Assembly: GCA_942493105.1 (NCBI GenBank)
Contig: OW818668.1
Coordinates: 990,001 to 1,022,000 of the forward strand
Direction of reading: 5' to 3'
From: an uncultured Erysipelotrichaceae bacterium
GTDB lineage: Bacteria > Bacillota_I > Bacilli_A > Erysipelotrichales > Erysipelotrichaceae
Length of the DNA stretch: 32,000 bases
Position numbers and translations under genes: made by a program
Shown: positions 7,486 through 15,225 of the stretch, piece by piece
How positions within the stretch are numbered: the first letter of the stretch is position 1
Layout of the letters: every line of letters begins with the position of its first letter
Notes under the pieces: model-generated
The model's input: only the letters and a program-made list of their open reading frames with translations
The model's database searches: none
What the model was told of the DNA's origin: nothing

Positions 7486-8763
7486 ATGACCACATCAAAT
7501 TTTAACCAAATGCTTACTCGTAGTTTTCCAGCCCTGAGGCACAGAAATTTCAGGATATTTTGGATAGGTCAATGTGTATCTCTGATTGGAACTTGGATGC
7601 AAAATATAGGACAATCTTGGCTAGTGCTTAAACTGACGGGTTCTCCGCTCATGTTGAGTTTGATCACGACGATGCAATTTCTGCCGATGATGACCTTGTC
7701 TTTGTTTTTTGGAACACTGGTTGATAAATTTCCGAAACGTAAAGTTTTGATCATCACGCAAACGATCATGATGATCTTGGCCTTTATATTGGCTTTGATT
7801 ACCTATTTGGATATCGTACAATATTGGCACATCGTCCTATTGGCACTCTCATTAGGGATCGTCAATACCTTGGACATGCCGACACGTCAATCTTATTTCT
7901 CTGAAATGGTACCGCGTGAAGATCTTATGAATGCGGTTGCCTTAAATTCAAGTATTTTTAATTTGGCGAGAATCATTGGACCCGCAATGGCTGGGGTCAT
8001 GATCGCATTGGTTGGGATCCCTGTCTGTTTCTTTTTGAATTCGCTGAGTTTCTTAGCGGTCATCACCAGTTTGACCTTGATCAACACCCCAATTCTCCCC
8101 ATTAAGAAATCGACAGGGCCCATCATTAAAACGGTATTGAATGACGTTAAGGAAGGATTACGATACATCAGTACGAGAGATACACTCAGACGTCCACTCA
8201 TGCTACTGGCCTTTATAAGTGTCTTTGTGATGAATTATAATGTCTTGATTCCGATCTTTGCTGAACAAACCTTAGGCATGAATGCAGCAGGATATGGTTA
8301 TCTGATGACATCTATGGGTGTAGGTTCATTTGTTGGCGCAATGACTTTGGCCATGAGAAGCAAGAGTGGTCCAAAATTCAAATATATATTAGCCGGTGGA
8401 TTAGGAGCTTCCTTCTTCTTAGGCATCTTAGGAACCCAAAGAAATCTTTTGATCGTACCTGTGATCTTGTTTCTGATTGGTTTTAGTTCAATCACCTTTA
8501 CAGCCGTTGTCAATTCTACGATCCAAATCAATTCTGAAGTTCATATGCGAGGAAGAGTCATGAGTATGTATGCTTTACTGTTTGGTGGATTAACACCCAT
8601 TGGAAGTCTGTATGCAGGTTTCATTATGGAATACTTTGGAGCTCCAGGCTGTATGATCATCAGTGGGATCATTGGTACTTTAGCCAGTATCTTTTTGATC
8701 AATCAGCGTCGAAACAATAATTCCAATTTAAAGACAGTTCCTTTGAGTTCACAAACTGAATAA
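7486..8763 (+). CDS. MFS transporter (MFS_3 / EntS-like efflux type)
   Basis: The 425-aa protein has about 12 predicted helices. The N-terminal 'FRIFWIGQCVSLIGTWMQNIGQSWLVLKLTGSP' is typical of this MFS subfamily. An AAAGGAG SD is present. Confidence 0.8.
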   Translation: MTTSNFNQMLTRSFPALRHRNFRIFWIGQCVSLIGTWMQNIGQSWLVLKLTGSPLMLSLITTMQFLPMMTLSLFFGTLVDKFPKRKVLIITQTIMMILAFILALITYLDIVQYWHIVLLALSLGIVNTLDMPTRQSYFSEMVPREDLMNAVALNSSIFNLARIIGPAMAGVMIALVGIPVCFFLNSLSFLAVITSLTLINTPILPIKKSTGPIIKTVLNDVKEGLRYISTRDTLRRPLMLLAFISVFVMNYNVLIPIFAEQTLGMNAAGYGYLMTSMGVGSFVGAMTLAMRSKSGPKFKYILAGGLGASFFLGILGTQRNLLIVPVILFLIGFSSITFTAVVNSTIQINSEVHMRGRVMSMYALLFGGLTPIGSLYAGFIMEYFGAPGCMIISGIIGTLASIFLINQRRNNNSNLKTVPLSSQTE

Positions 8764-8820
8764 AGTTTATCGTCAACACTGGTTTTTTGGTGTACAATAT
8801 AACCCTTAAAGGAAAAACCT

Positions 8821-9438
8821 ATGCCTGATCAAAAAAGAGAAATATGGATACATCGAATATCTCATCATTATAATGTCGCAAAACCTTTGTTGGATGAACA
8901 AGGTTATTTAACGATTGGTTATGTGGATCTCAATGATCCAAGATCTGATTTTCTTAAGAGAAATCTATATAAAGATTTCTCAAGCTTCAATGCCTTCATC
9001 AAAACAACGAAACATTATAATGCGAGTCGTTTTTCTCTCCATAGGTTCTTGGCTTTGTTTAAGACAGGTGATCTGATCGTAGTCCCAGATCTAGAAGCCT
9101 TCTCTATTTATGAAGTACTAGAAGGCTCTAAAACGATTAGAGGATGTTCTATCAACCCTTTTAAAACACTTCAAGATATTGAAGTCACTATAGGTAAAGC
9201 AGATCGCAATCTATATACCCATGATTCAACAAAACTCATCGACTTGGGATTTGCAGTCAAAGTCAAACCGGTCAGTGTCGTAGGACTTAGTGGCAGACCC
9301 AAAGACTGTGTTGATCTACCCGTCAGTGATTTCGCAGATGAACTCTTAGCTTCAGCTTTGAAAATCAAAAGCATCAACGGAGATATTACCCATCTTACTA
9401 AAAGCGTAGAGAATGCATTAAGAATCTATAAGAACTAA
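8821..9438 (+). CDS. Hypothetical soluble protein with no family I can assign
   Basis: The 205-aa ORF has an AAAGGAAAAA SD-like tract and its own terminator immediately after the stop. There are no TM segments and no recognisable catalytic motif. Confidence 0.65.
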   Translation: MPDQKREIWIHRISHHYNVAKPLLDEQGYLTIGYVDLNDPRSDFLKRNLYKDFSSFNAFIKTTKHYNASRFSLHRFLALFKTGDLIVVPDLEAFSIYEVLEGSKTIRGCSINPFKTLQDIEVTIGKADRNLYTHDSTKLIDLGFAVKVKPVSVVGLSGRPKDCVDLPVSDFADELLASALKIKSINGDITHLTKSVENALRIYKN

Positions 9439-9460
9439 TCTCGCTTTGCGAGATTTTTTT
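9437..9460 (+). terminator. Rho-independent terminator
   Basis: AATCTCGC (9437-9444) pairs with GCGAGATT (9448-9455) across a TTT loop, followed by a T-run to 9460. The hairpin overlaps the TAA stop. Confidence 0.8.
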
Positions 9461-9502
9461 ATCTCATAAATTTTATAGATAGTGGCTCTCTTTTTAGCAT
9501 TC

Positions 9503-9572
9503 GCTCATATAAATGATTGAAAACGCTCAAATGATTGACTGAGTTGAGAAATTGCTCATATTGAATTGACTG
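9503..9572 (+). promoter_or_regulatory. Promoter/operator region of the second PTS locus: three GCTCA..ATTGA direct repeats, a cre-like box and a sigma-A-type promoter
   Basis: The repeats are GCTCATATAAATGATTGA (9503-9520), GCTCAAATGATTGA (9525-9538) and GCTCATATTGAATTGA (9554-9569). AAATGATTGA is perfectly repeated at 9511-9520 and 9529-9538, and ATTGACTG at 9534-9541 and 9565-9572. The candidate promoter is TTGACT (9535-9540), N16, CATATT (9557-9562). TGAAAACGCTCAAA (9518-9531) matches cre at 13 of 14 positions. Confidence 0.45.
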
Positions 9573-9622
9573 CACCTAGGTATTCATTCAAACTAGAAAT
9601 ATCGGAAGGCGATGGTGAAAAT

Positions 9623-10540
9623 ATGATTTATACTTGCACAGCAAATCCATCCATTGATTATACAATTTTCCTTGAAAATGAGCTGGAGACTGGAACCATA
9701 AATAGAGCGAACAAGCATAGACTGCTTGCTGGTGGCAAAGGATTGAATGTATCAATGATTCTCAACCAAATAGGAATCGAATCTACAGCAATTGTATTCT
9801 TAGGTGGGTTTACTGGAGAATACATAAGAAATGATCTCAACAAATATGATTTGATTCAATGCAATCATGTTCAAATCAAAGCTGAAAATCGCATCAATGT
9901 GAAAATTCGAAGTGAAGTTGAAACTGATATAAATATGAAAGGTCCTCACATAACACCACAAGAAAAGTCGGAATTTCTAAATTATCTCACTGGAGTTAAG
10001 AGTGGTGATTGGGTCATGATTTGCGGAAGTCTGACAAGTGGTTTGGATTTTAGTTTTTTAGAATCAATTGCAGAACGAGTTCATGCTGTCAATGCTAAGT
10101 TAATCGTGGACATAATTGGTTTAGATTTGGCAAAATTGATGATTCTTAAACCTTATCTTATAAAGCCTAACTTTGAAGAACTCAAGGCTATTCTTCCTAA
10201 AACCAGTATATCGATTGATAACTTGAATAAATATGCTATTGAAATTCTTAATTCTGGTGTAGAAAATGTTGTTATATCACTAGGTAAAAAAGGTGCGTAT
10301 TACAAAGGCGAGTTCGGTGAATTCTTTGTTACTCAACCAGAAATGGAAGAAGTAAATACTGTAGGAGCTGGGGATTCAATGTTAGCAGCTATTGTTGGTG
10401 TTCTAAGTAAGAACGGAACAATCCAGGAAGCATTGTCATTAGGAGCTTCCTCAGGTGCAGCAACTGCCTCCTCGATTGGTTTATCAACGTCAGATCGGAT
10501 TCATCAGATTAATAAATCGTGCACAGTCACAAAACTATAG
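9623..10540 (+). CDS. PfkB-family sugar-phosphate kinase (1-phosphofructokinase / tagatose-6-phosphate kinase subfamily)
   Basis: I prefer the ATG at 9623, preceded by GGAAGG/GGTGAAAA, over the tracked TTG at 9566. 'MIYTCTANPSIDYT', 'GGKGLNVS' and the C-terminal 'GAGDSMLAAIVG' are FruK/LacC-type motifs. Length is 305 aa. Confidence 0.8.
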   Translation: MIYTCTANPSIDYTIFLENELETGTINRANKHRLLAGGKGLNVSMILNQIGIESTAIVFLGGFTGEYIRNDLNKYDLIQCNHVQIKAENRINVKIRSEVETDINMKGPHITPQEKSEFLNYLTGVKSGDWVMICGSLTSGLDFSFLESIAERVHAVNAKLIVDIIGLDLAKLMILKPYLIKPNFEELKAILPKTSISIDNLNKYAIEILNSGVENVVISLGKKGAYYKGEFGEFFVTQPEMEEVNTVGAGDSMLAAIVGVLSKNGTIQEALSLGASSGAATASSIGLSTSDRIHQINKSCTVTKL

Positions 10541-10550
10541 AAAGGAACAT

Positions 10551-11003
10551 ATGGAAATCGTTCTTGCTAGAATTGACAATCGATTATTACACGGTATCGT
10601 AGTCTCGCAATGGGCAGGTACAACAGGTGCAGATCGAGTTATGGTAATCAATGATCGAGTTGCCAATGATTCTTTCTTGAAATCAAGCATGATGTTAGCT
10701 AAGCCTACAGGGATGTCAATTTCAATCATCACAGAAGAAGTCGCTTATGTGAATTTTGCGGCAAACAAATATCTAAATCAAAAAATATTTCTGTTAATCA
10801 CAAATCCAAGAATCATCCTTAATTTGCTTAACATAAATATCAAGATAAAGCATTTGTGTATTGGAGGTACTGAACTAATTAACTCTGGAATTAAGTTGAG
10901 TAATCGAGCATACATTACTGAAGAAGAAGCGCAAGTATACCGACTAATAAAGGAAAAGGGAGTTCACATTGATGTTCAGCACTGCCATCAGTGGAAGCTA
11001 TAG
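10551..11003 (+). CDS. PTS mannose-family EIIB component
   Basis: I prefer the ATG at 10551, after GAAAGGAA, because the tracked upstream extension overlaps the kinase gene. 'MEIVLARIDNRLLHGIVV' is the EIIB-Man phospho-His motif. Confidence 0.85.
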   Translation: MEIVLARIDNRLLHGIVVSQWAGTTGADRVMVINDRVANDSFLKSSMMLAKPTGMSISIITEEVAYVNFAANKYLNQKIFLLITNPRIILNLLNINIKIKHLCIGGTELINSGIKLSNRAYITEEEAQVYRLIKEKGVHIDVQHCHQWKL

Positions 11004-11043
11004 ATTTGTTTAAGATTATTTCATTAAAAAAGGAGGAGGCAAA

Positions 11044-11820
11044 ATGAGTCTTCAATTATGGCAGATTGCTTTAATAACACTTCTGACAGCTCTGATTGCA
11101 TTTGATGCAACAGGACCTCAGACACAAATCTTTAGTCGACCCGTCTTCACAGGGCCAATTGTTGGTTTGATTTTAGGGGATATGAATTTAGGTTTGTTTA
11201 TAGGAGGAACGCTTCAACTAATGTCTATGGGTGTCGTCGGTCTGGGAGGAGCCTCGGTTCCCAATTATACAGTAACTACGATTATTGCAACAACGATCGC
11301 TATTACAACAGGTCAAGGTATGGAAGTTGGTTTAGCAATAGGATTGCCTGTTGGCATGTTGTTTGTTCAACTGGATATTATGTCAAAGATTGCAAATGGT
11401 TTCATTGCGAGATGGTCACAATCATACGCAAACAAAGGTCAATTTAAGAAAATGAATGCAGTTTTATATCTGAGCATCGTATTAGTAATACTAAAATATT
11501 TAGTACCAGTTCTACTATCAATCACACTGGGTGTAGATGTTGTTGTATCAATTCTCAAATATATCCCAGATTGGTTTATGAAGGGACTTCAAGTTTCTGG
11601 AAAAGTATTACCAGTTGTCGGTATAGCCATTTTGCTAAACTATATGCCTACAAAAAAATTCTTTAATTATTTGGCAGTTGGATTCGTATTCTCAGCTTAT
11701 TTAAAGGTGGGGATGCTTGGAGTAGCTATTATTGGGTTTGCAATGGCATTCAAATATTATTATGACACTTTGAAACAAATTCAGATTCAAACGTCAGGAG
11801 GAGCTTCTGAAAATGAGTAG
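11044..11820 (+). CDS. PTS mannose-family EIIC component
   Basis: A strong SD AAGGAGGAGG is present. The 258-aa polytopic protein is a paralogue of the 1989-2774 product (for example 'GPIVGLILGDMNLGLFIGGTLQLMSMG' against 'APLTGLVLGDLNTGIIMGASLEAIFMG'). Confidence 0.85.
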   Translation: MSLQLWQIALITLLTALIAFDATGPQTQIFSRPVFTGPIVGLILGDMNLGLFIGGTLQLMSMGVVGLGGASVPNYTVTTIIATTIAITTGQGMEVGLAIGLPVGMLFVQLDIMSKIANGFIARWSQSYANKGQFKKMNAVLYLSIVLVILKYLVPVLLSITLGVDVVVSILKYIPDWFMKGLQVSGKVLPVVGIAILLNYMPTKKFFNYLAVGFVFSAYLKVGMLGVAIIGFAMAFKYYYDTLKQIQIQTSGGASENE

Positions 11821-12616
11821 AACACCAACCCTAACAAAGAAAGATATTCGTAACGCCGGCTTAAGATGGATGGTTATGCCAGTCACAGTTTTCAATTATG
11901 AAACTCAACTTGCACCAGCTGTTGTATATGCATTTGCTCCGGCATTAAGAAAAATCTATCCCGATGGAGATGATTATATTAAAGCTTTAAACAATCACTA
12001 TAAATACTATAATTCTCAACCATATATGTCGAGTATCATTCTAGGAGCTGCTTTAGCAATAGAAGACAACGAAGGCATTGATGGTCTTGAAGCAGTTCAA
12101 AACTTTAAAACTGGAATTATGGGTCCTTTAGCCGGCATTGGCGACACCATTTTCTGGGTATTGATCCCGACGATTTGGGGTTCAATTGCGGCATATATGG
12201 CTCTTGAAGGAAATCCTACTGGAGCTATTATGTGGGTTATATTTAACCTTGTTATGCTCGTGTTTAGACTTCGCTTCTTTGAATGGGGTTATTCAGCTGG
12301 TCGTAGAATTATCAATGAATTTGGAACTCAACTAAGTGTTTTTACAGATGCTGCTTCAGTTCTTGGCCTATGTGTTGTCGGTGCCCTTATACCATCAGTC
12401 ATAACAGTTACTGTTCCGTTTGTATTCAAAGTTGGCGGAGAAAAAACAATGGCTATACAAGGATTGCTTGATGGTATTATGCCTGGTTTGGTACCAGTTC
12501 TATTAACACTCGGTATCTTCAAACTGATTGGTAAAAAGAAAGTAAAAATGACAAATGTTATATTAATTGTTTTGGTTGTTTCAACCATCGGTGCTTACTT
12601 TAAGATTCTAGGTTAA
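11813..12616 (+). CDS. PTS mannose-family EIID component
   Basis: It overlaps IIC by 8 nt (ATGAGTAG). 'LTKKDIRNAGLRWMVMPVTVFNYETQLAPAV' is an EIID N-terminal signature. Length is 267 aa. Confidence 0.85.
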   Translation: MSRTPTLTKKDIRNAGLRWMVMPVTVFNYETQLAPAVVYAFAPALRKIYPDGDDYIKALNNHYKYYNSQPYMSSIILGAALAIEDNEGIDGLEAVQNFKTGIMGPLAGIGDTIFWVLIPTIWGSIAAYMALEGNPTGAIMWVIFNLVMLVFRLRFFEWGYSAGRRIINEFGTQLSVFTDAASVLGLCVVGALIPSVITVTVPFVFKVGGEKTMAIQGLLDGIMPGLVPVLLTLGIFKLIGKKKVKMTNVILIVLVVSTIGAYFKILG

Positions 12617-13833
12617 TGATGAAGGCTGCATGCACTTCAAGAAGAGTTATCCCAATGTATCCTACATATCTTCAGGGCTATGTTGGTCATGTTAGGGATC
12701 TTCCTGCTACAGGCGTTCACGATATTCCCGAACTCAACAGTATACTTTTAGAGATCGAAGATCAATTAATCTTGTTGTTTGCTATGGATGTAAGTGGTTT
12801 CTCTGAGAGTATCTCAATTACTTTAAAAGATCAGATATGCTCAGTTTATCCGATTAAGAAAGACAACATTTCATTTGCAGGAATTCATACACATTCTGGT
12901 CCAAATGGAACATCTTCAAGAAGTGAGAATAAATCTTATTATCATAAGGTATTGAATGGAGTAATGTCTAGTTGTGAAGAATTGTTCAGGAGCCTGCAGG
13001 ATGCCGAGCCATATATATGCTCAACTCATATACAAGGATTCTTTAGTAATCGTAATAGTCTTCAAGAGAAATATGATAATGAAGCTATTGTACTAAAATT
13101 TGTAAATTCAAAACAAGAGACCATCGCCGCAATTTTGAATATTTCTTGCCATTCCACAGTTCTTGGTATAAATAATTCACAAAGTAGTTCTGATTTGTTA
13201 GGTGCTGTTCGCCAAAAGATTACAATGAATTTGGGAGTTATTCCGGTAACATTTATGGGTGCTGCAGGGGATATAAGTAATCGTCAGTACCGTCAAGGAG
13301 ATGACTTTCTTGAGCTTGAAAGATGTAGTAGTGGCATTGCTGATCAGATTAATAAGAATGATATGTTTGAAAAAATAGAATTCAATCATATTTCAAGAAA
13401 AGATATTGAATATCAGATTAAGTATAACAATGAACCAAATTTCCCAGTATTTGAACTAATGGTAAAGGATCTTGAAATAAGTTTGGCTAACGAAAAACTC
13501 TCTGATGTGGACAGGAAACTAAAAGCTACGTCTTTAAAGCAATTTAAAGCAAAACTTCAAGAACCAAAAGTTGATTATACTGTAAGAGTTAAGGTTTATG
13601 ATTTCGGAGGATTGAGAATTGTAACGTTTGGAGGTGAATTATCAAGCAAATTTGGAATGGAGCTAAAGAAATCAGTCGGGAGTAAAGTTATGATCATCAC
13701 TTGTGTTGATGACCACACTGGTTACTTTATAGAAGAGGAAAAATATGGCTTATATTATGAAACAATTGCAACTAAAACTCCAAAAGGAGTACCGGAAATT
13801 ATCGTTTCAAGGATCAAAGAAGCATTGAATTAA
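12616..13833 (+). CDS. Neutral/alkaline-ceramidase-fold metallohydrolase-like protein, cytoplasmic, substrate unknown
   Basis: Its start shares TAATG with the IID stop (12614-12618). There is no signal peptide. Motifs appear in ceramidase-family order: 'LQGYVGH..ATGVHD', 'GIHTHSGP' (H91/H93, nt 12886-12894), 'NISCHSTVLG' (H179), 'GAAGDIS', 'FGGELSS' (E341) and 'HTGYFIEEEKY' (Y370). Confidence 0.55.
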   Translation: MMKAACTSRRVIPMYPTYLQGYVGHVRDLPATGVHDIPELNSILLEIEDQLILLFAMDVSGFSESISITLKDQICSVYPIKKDNISFAGIHTHSGPNGTSSRSENKSYYHKVLNGVMSSCEELFRSLQDAEPYICSTHIQGFFSNRNSLQEKYDNEAIVLKFVNSKQETIAAILNISCHSTVLGINNSQSSSDLLGAVRQKITMNLGVIPVTFMGAAGDISNRQYRQGDDFLELERCSSGIADQINKNDMFEKIEFNHISRKDIEYQIKYNNEPNFPVFELMVKDLEISLANEKLSDVDRKLKATSLKQFKAKLQEPKVDYTVRVKVYDFGGLRIVTFGGELSSKFGMELKKSVGSKVMIITCVDDHTGYFIEEEKYGLYYETIATKTPKGVPEIIVSRIKEALN

Positions 13834-13861
13834 CTAGGAAGGGTAACCTTCCTAGTTTTTT
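13834..13861 (+). terminator. Rho-independent terminator inside the PTS locus
   Basis: CTAGGAAGG (13834-13842) pairs with CCTTCCTAG (13847-13855) across a GTAA loop, followed by TTTTTT (13856-13861). Confidence 0.8.
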
Positions 13862-13915
13862 GAGAAGTCGACACTGACTATGTTATATTTACTATAGAAC
13901 ACAATAAGGAGATTT

Positions 13916-14326
13916 ATGAAAATCATCTTTGCAACACATTCAACATTGGCCATGGGATTTAAAAATACTCTTGATTTTTTTACTGAGAGTAAGCTTTCAA
14001 TCTTTGCGATTAATGCCTATGTTACAGATAACGAAACCATAACAAATGAGGTACAACATTTCATTCGAGATTTTTCATCTAAAGAAAAATTGGTTTTCTT
14101 GACCGATATTTCATATGGTAGCGTTAATCAAGCAATTTTTCCTTACATATCAGATAGAATTCATCTTGTTAGTGGAGTTAACTTTCCCCTAGCATTATCT
14201 ATTGCTCTTCAGCTAAACGATGATTTTACATCATATGATCTAAATTTATTGGTTGAAGAAGCTAGAAACCAAATCGTTTATTTGAACGTTATGGCAAATA
14301 AGGTGGTAAATACAAATGATGAATGA
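13916..14326 (+). CDS. PTS mannose-family EIIA component
   Basis: An AAGGAG SD is present. 'MKIIFATHSTLAMGFKNTLDFF' carries the N-terminal phospho-His, and 'DISYGSVNQ' parallels 'DLYGGSVNQ' in the first EIIA. Length is 136 aa. Confidence 0.8.
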   Translation: MKIIFATHSTLAMGFKNTLDFFTESKLSIFAINAYVTDNETITNEVQHFIRDFSSKEKLVFLTDISYGSVNQAIFPYISDRIHLVSGVNFPLALSIALQLNDDFTSYDLNLLVEEARNQIVYLNVMANKVVNTNDE

Positions 14327-14341
14327 AACGGTACTAAACTT

Positions 14342-15079
14342 ATGATTATCAAGAATCGATGGAAAGAGATTGTTAGAATATTAAAGATTAATGATATCGC
14401 AACTGTTGTGGATCTTGTAAATACTCTTGGCGTGTCAGAAGCGACGATTAGGAGAGACCTAGCTCAAATGGAAGATGAACATTTGTTGACTCGATTTCAT
14501 GGAGGAGCTCAGTTTTTGCAAAGCAATAGATTTGAAGAATCTATGGAAATAAAGTCATTAAACTATATTGAAGACAAGCGACATCTAGCTATATTCGCTT
14601 CCCGATTAATCAAAGATAACTCCGTTATTTATCTTGATGCTGGTTCTACAACCTTATCTCTGATTCAATTTATTAACGCTAAGAACATTACTGTAGTGAC
14701 CAACGGGATACCTCATGCGATGAAACTAGCACAGAAAGGCATAAAAACTTATTTAGTAGGGGGGTTGGTTAAGGGCAATACTGAGGCAGTTACGGGCAAA
14801 GAAACTCTAGATACAGTAAGGAATATGAATTTTGATATGGCCTTAATGGGCACAAATGGAGTTCACCCTATAGCAGGGTATACTACCCCTGAAGAATATG
14901 AAGGTGAAGTAAAAAGAACTGTAATTCATAATTCAAAAACAACCTATATTCTTGCTCATTCAGCAAAAATGAATGTATTGTGTTTTGTTCCTTTTGCTAC
15001 ACTTCAGGAGGCGATTTTAATAACTGATGATCAACCACCATTCCCGTTCCCTGAAGACAAACTGATTGTATTATCATAA
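14342..15079 (+). CDS. DeoR-family transcriptional regulator
   Basis: The N-terminal wHTH is 'LVNTLGVSEATIRRDLAQMEDEHLLTRFHGGA'. The C-terminal DeoR sugar-phosphate-binding domain includes 'IYLDAGSTT' and 'MGTNGV'. Length is 245 aa. Confidence 0.85.
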   Translation: MIIKNRWKEIVRILKINDIATVVDLVNTLGVSEATIRRDLAQMEDEHLLTRFHGGAQFLQSNRFEESMEIKSLNYIEDKRHLAIFASRLIKDNSVIYLDAGSTTLSLIQFINAKNITVVTNGIPHAMKLAQKGIKTYLVGGLVKGNTEAVTGKETLDTVRNMNFDMALMGTNGVHPIAGYTTPEEYEGEVKRTVIHNSKTTYILAHSAKMNVLCFVPFATLQEAILITDDQPPFPFPEDKLIVLS

Positions 15080-15225
15080 TTATCGAGAAATAATTCAATA
15101 TTTGTAATAAATTAATACTGAGTTAATATTTTTCCTAATCAAAAATCATGTTCAGTCATTAAATTGATGTAAACTTGCTAAAGTTGAACTATAATTTGAT
15201 TAGGCATTAAATATGGAGGAAAAAT

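Noticed and set aside
9566-9622. N-terminal extensions in the ORF track. The tracked starts are 9566, 10455, 16066, 16584, 22798, 25070, 27236, 28382 and 28955.
   Set aside because: In each case an internal ATG is preceded by a good SD at 4-10 nt and begins exactly at the conserved N-terminus of the family. The extended starts lack an SD and/or overlap the upstream gene, so I used the internal starts.
9461-15225. Calling the AT-richer PTS block a mobile element or genomic island.
   Set aside because: I found no integrase, transposase, tRNA target, terminal inverted repeats or flanking direct repeats longer than a few bases. I report it only as a compositional anomaly that needs computation, not as a mobile element feature.
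15080-15225. A possible small RNA or riboswitch in the 146-nt AT-rich spacer upstream of ndk, and likewise in 18593-18716 upstream of the oxidoreductase promoter.
   Set aside because: I could not find conserved-looking helices, a terminator or known riboswitch core motifs. The sequences are simple AT-rich spacers. A perfect TATAAT at 15190-15195 lacks a properly spaced -35, so I did not call a promoter.
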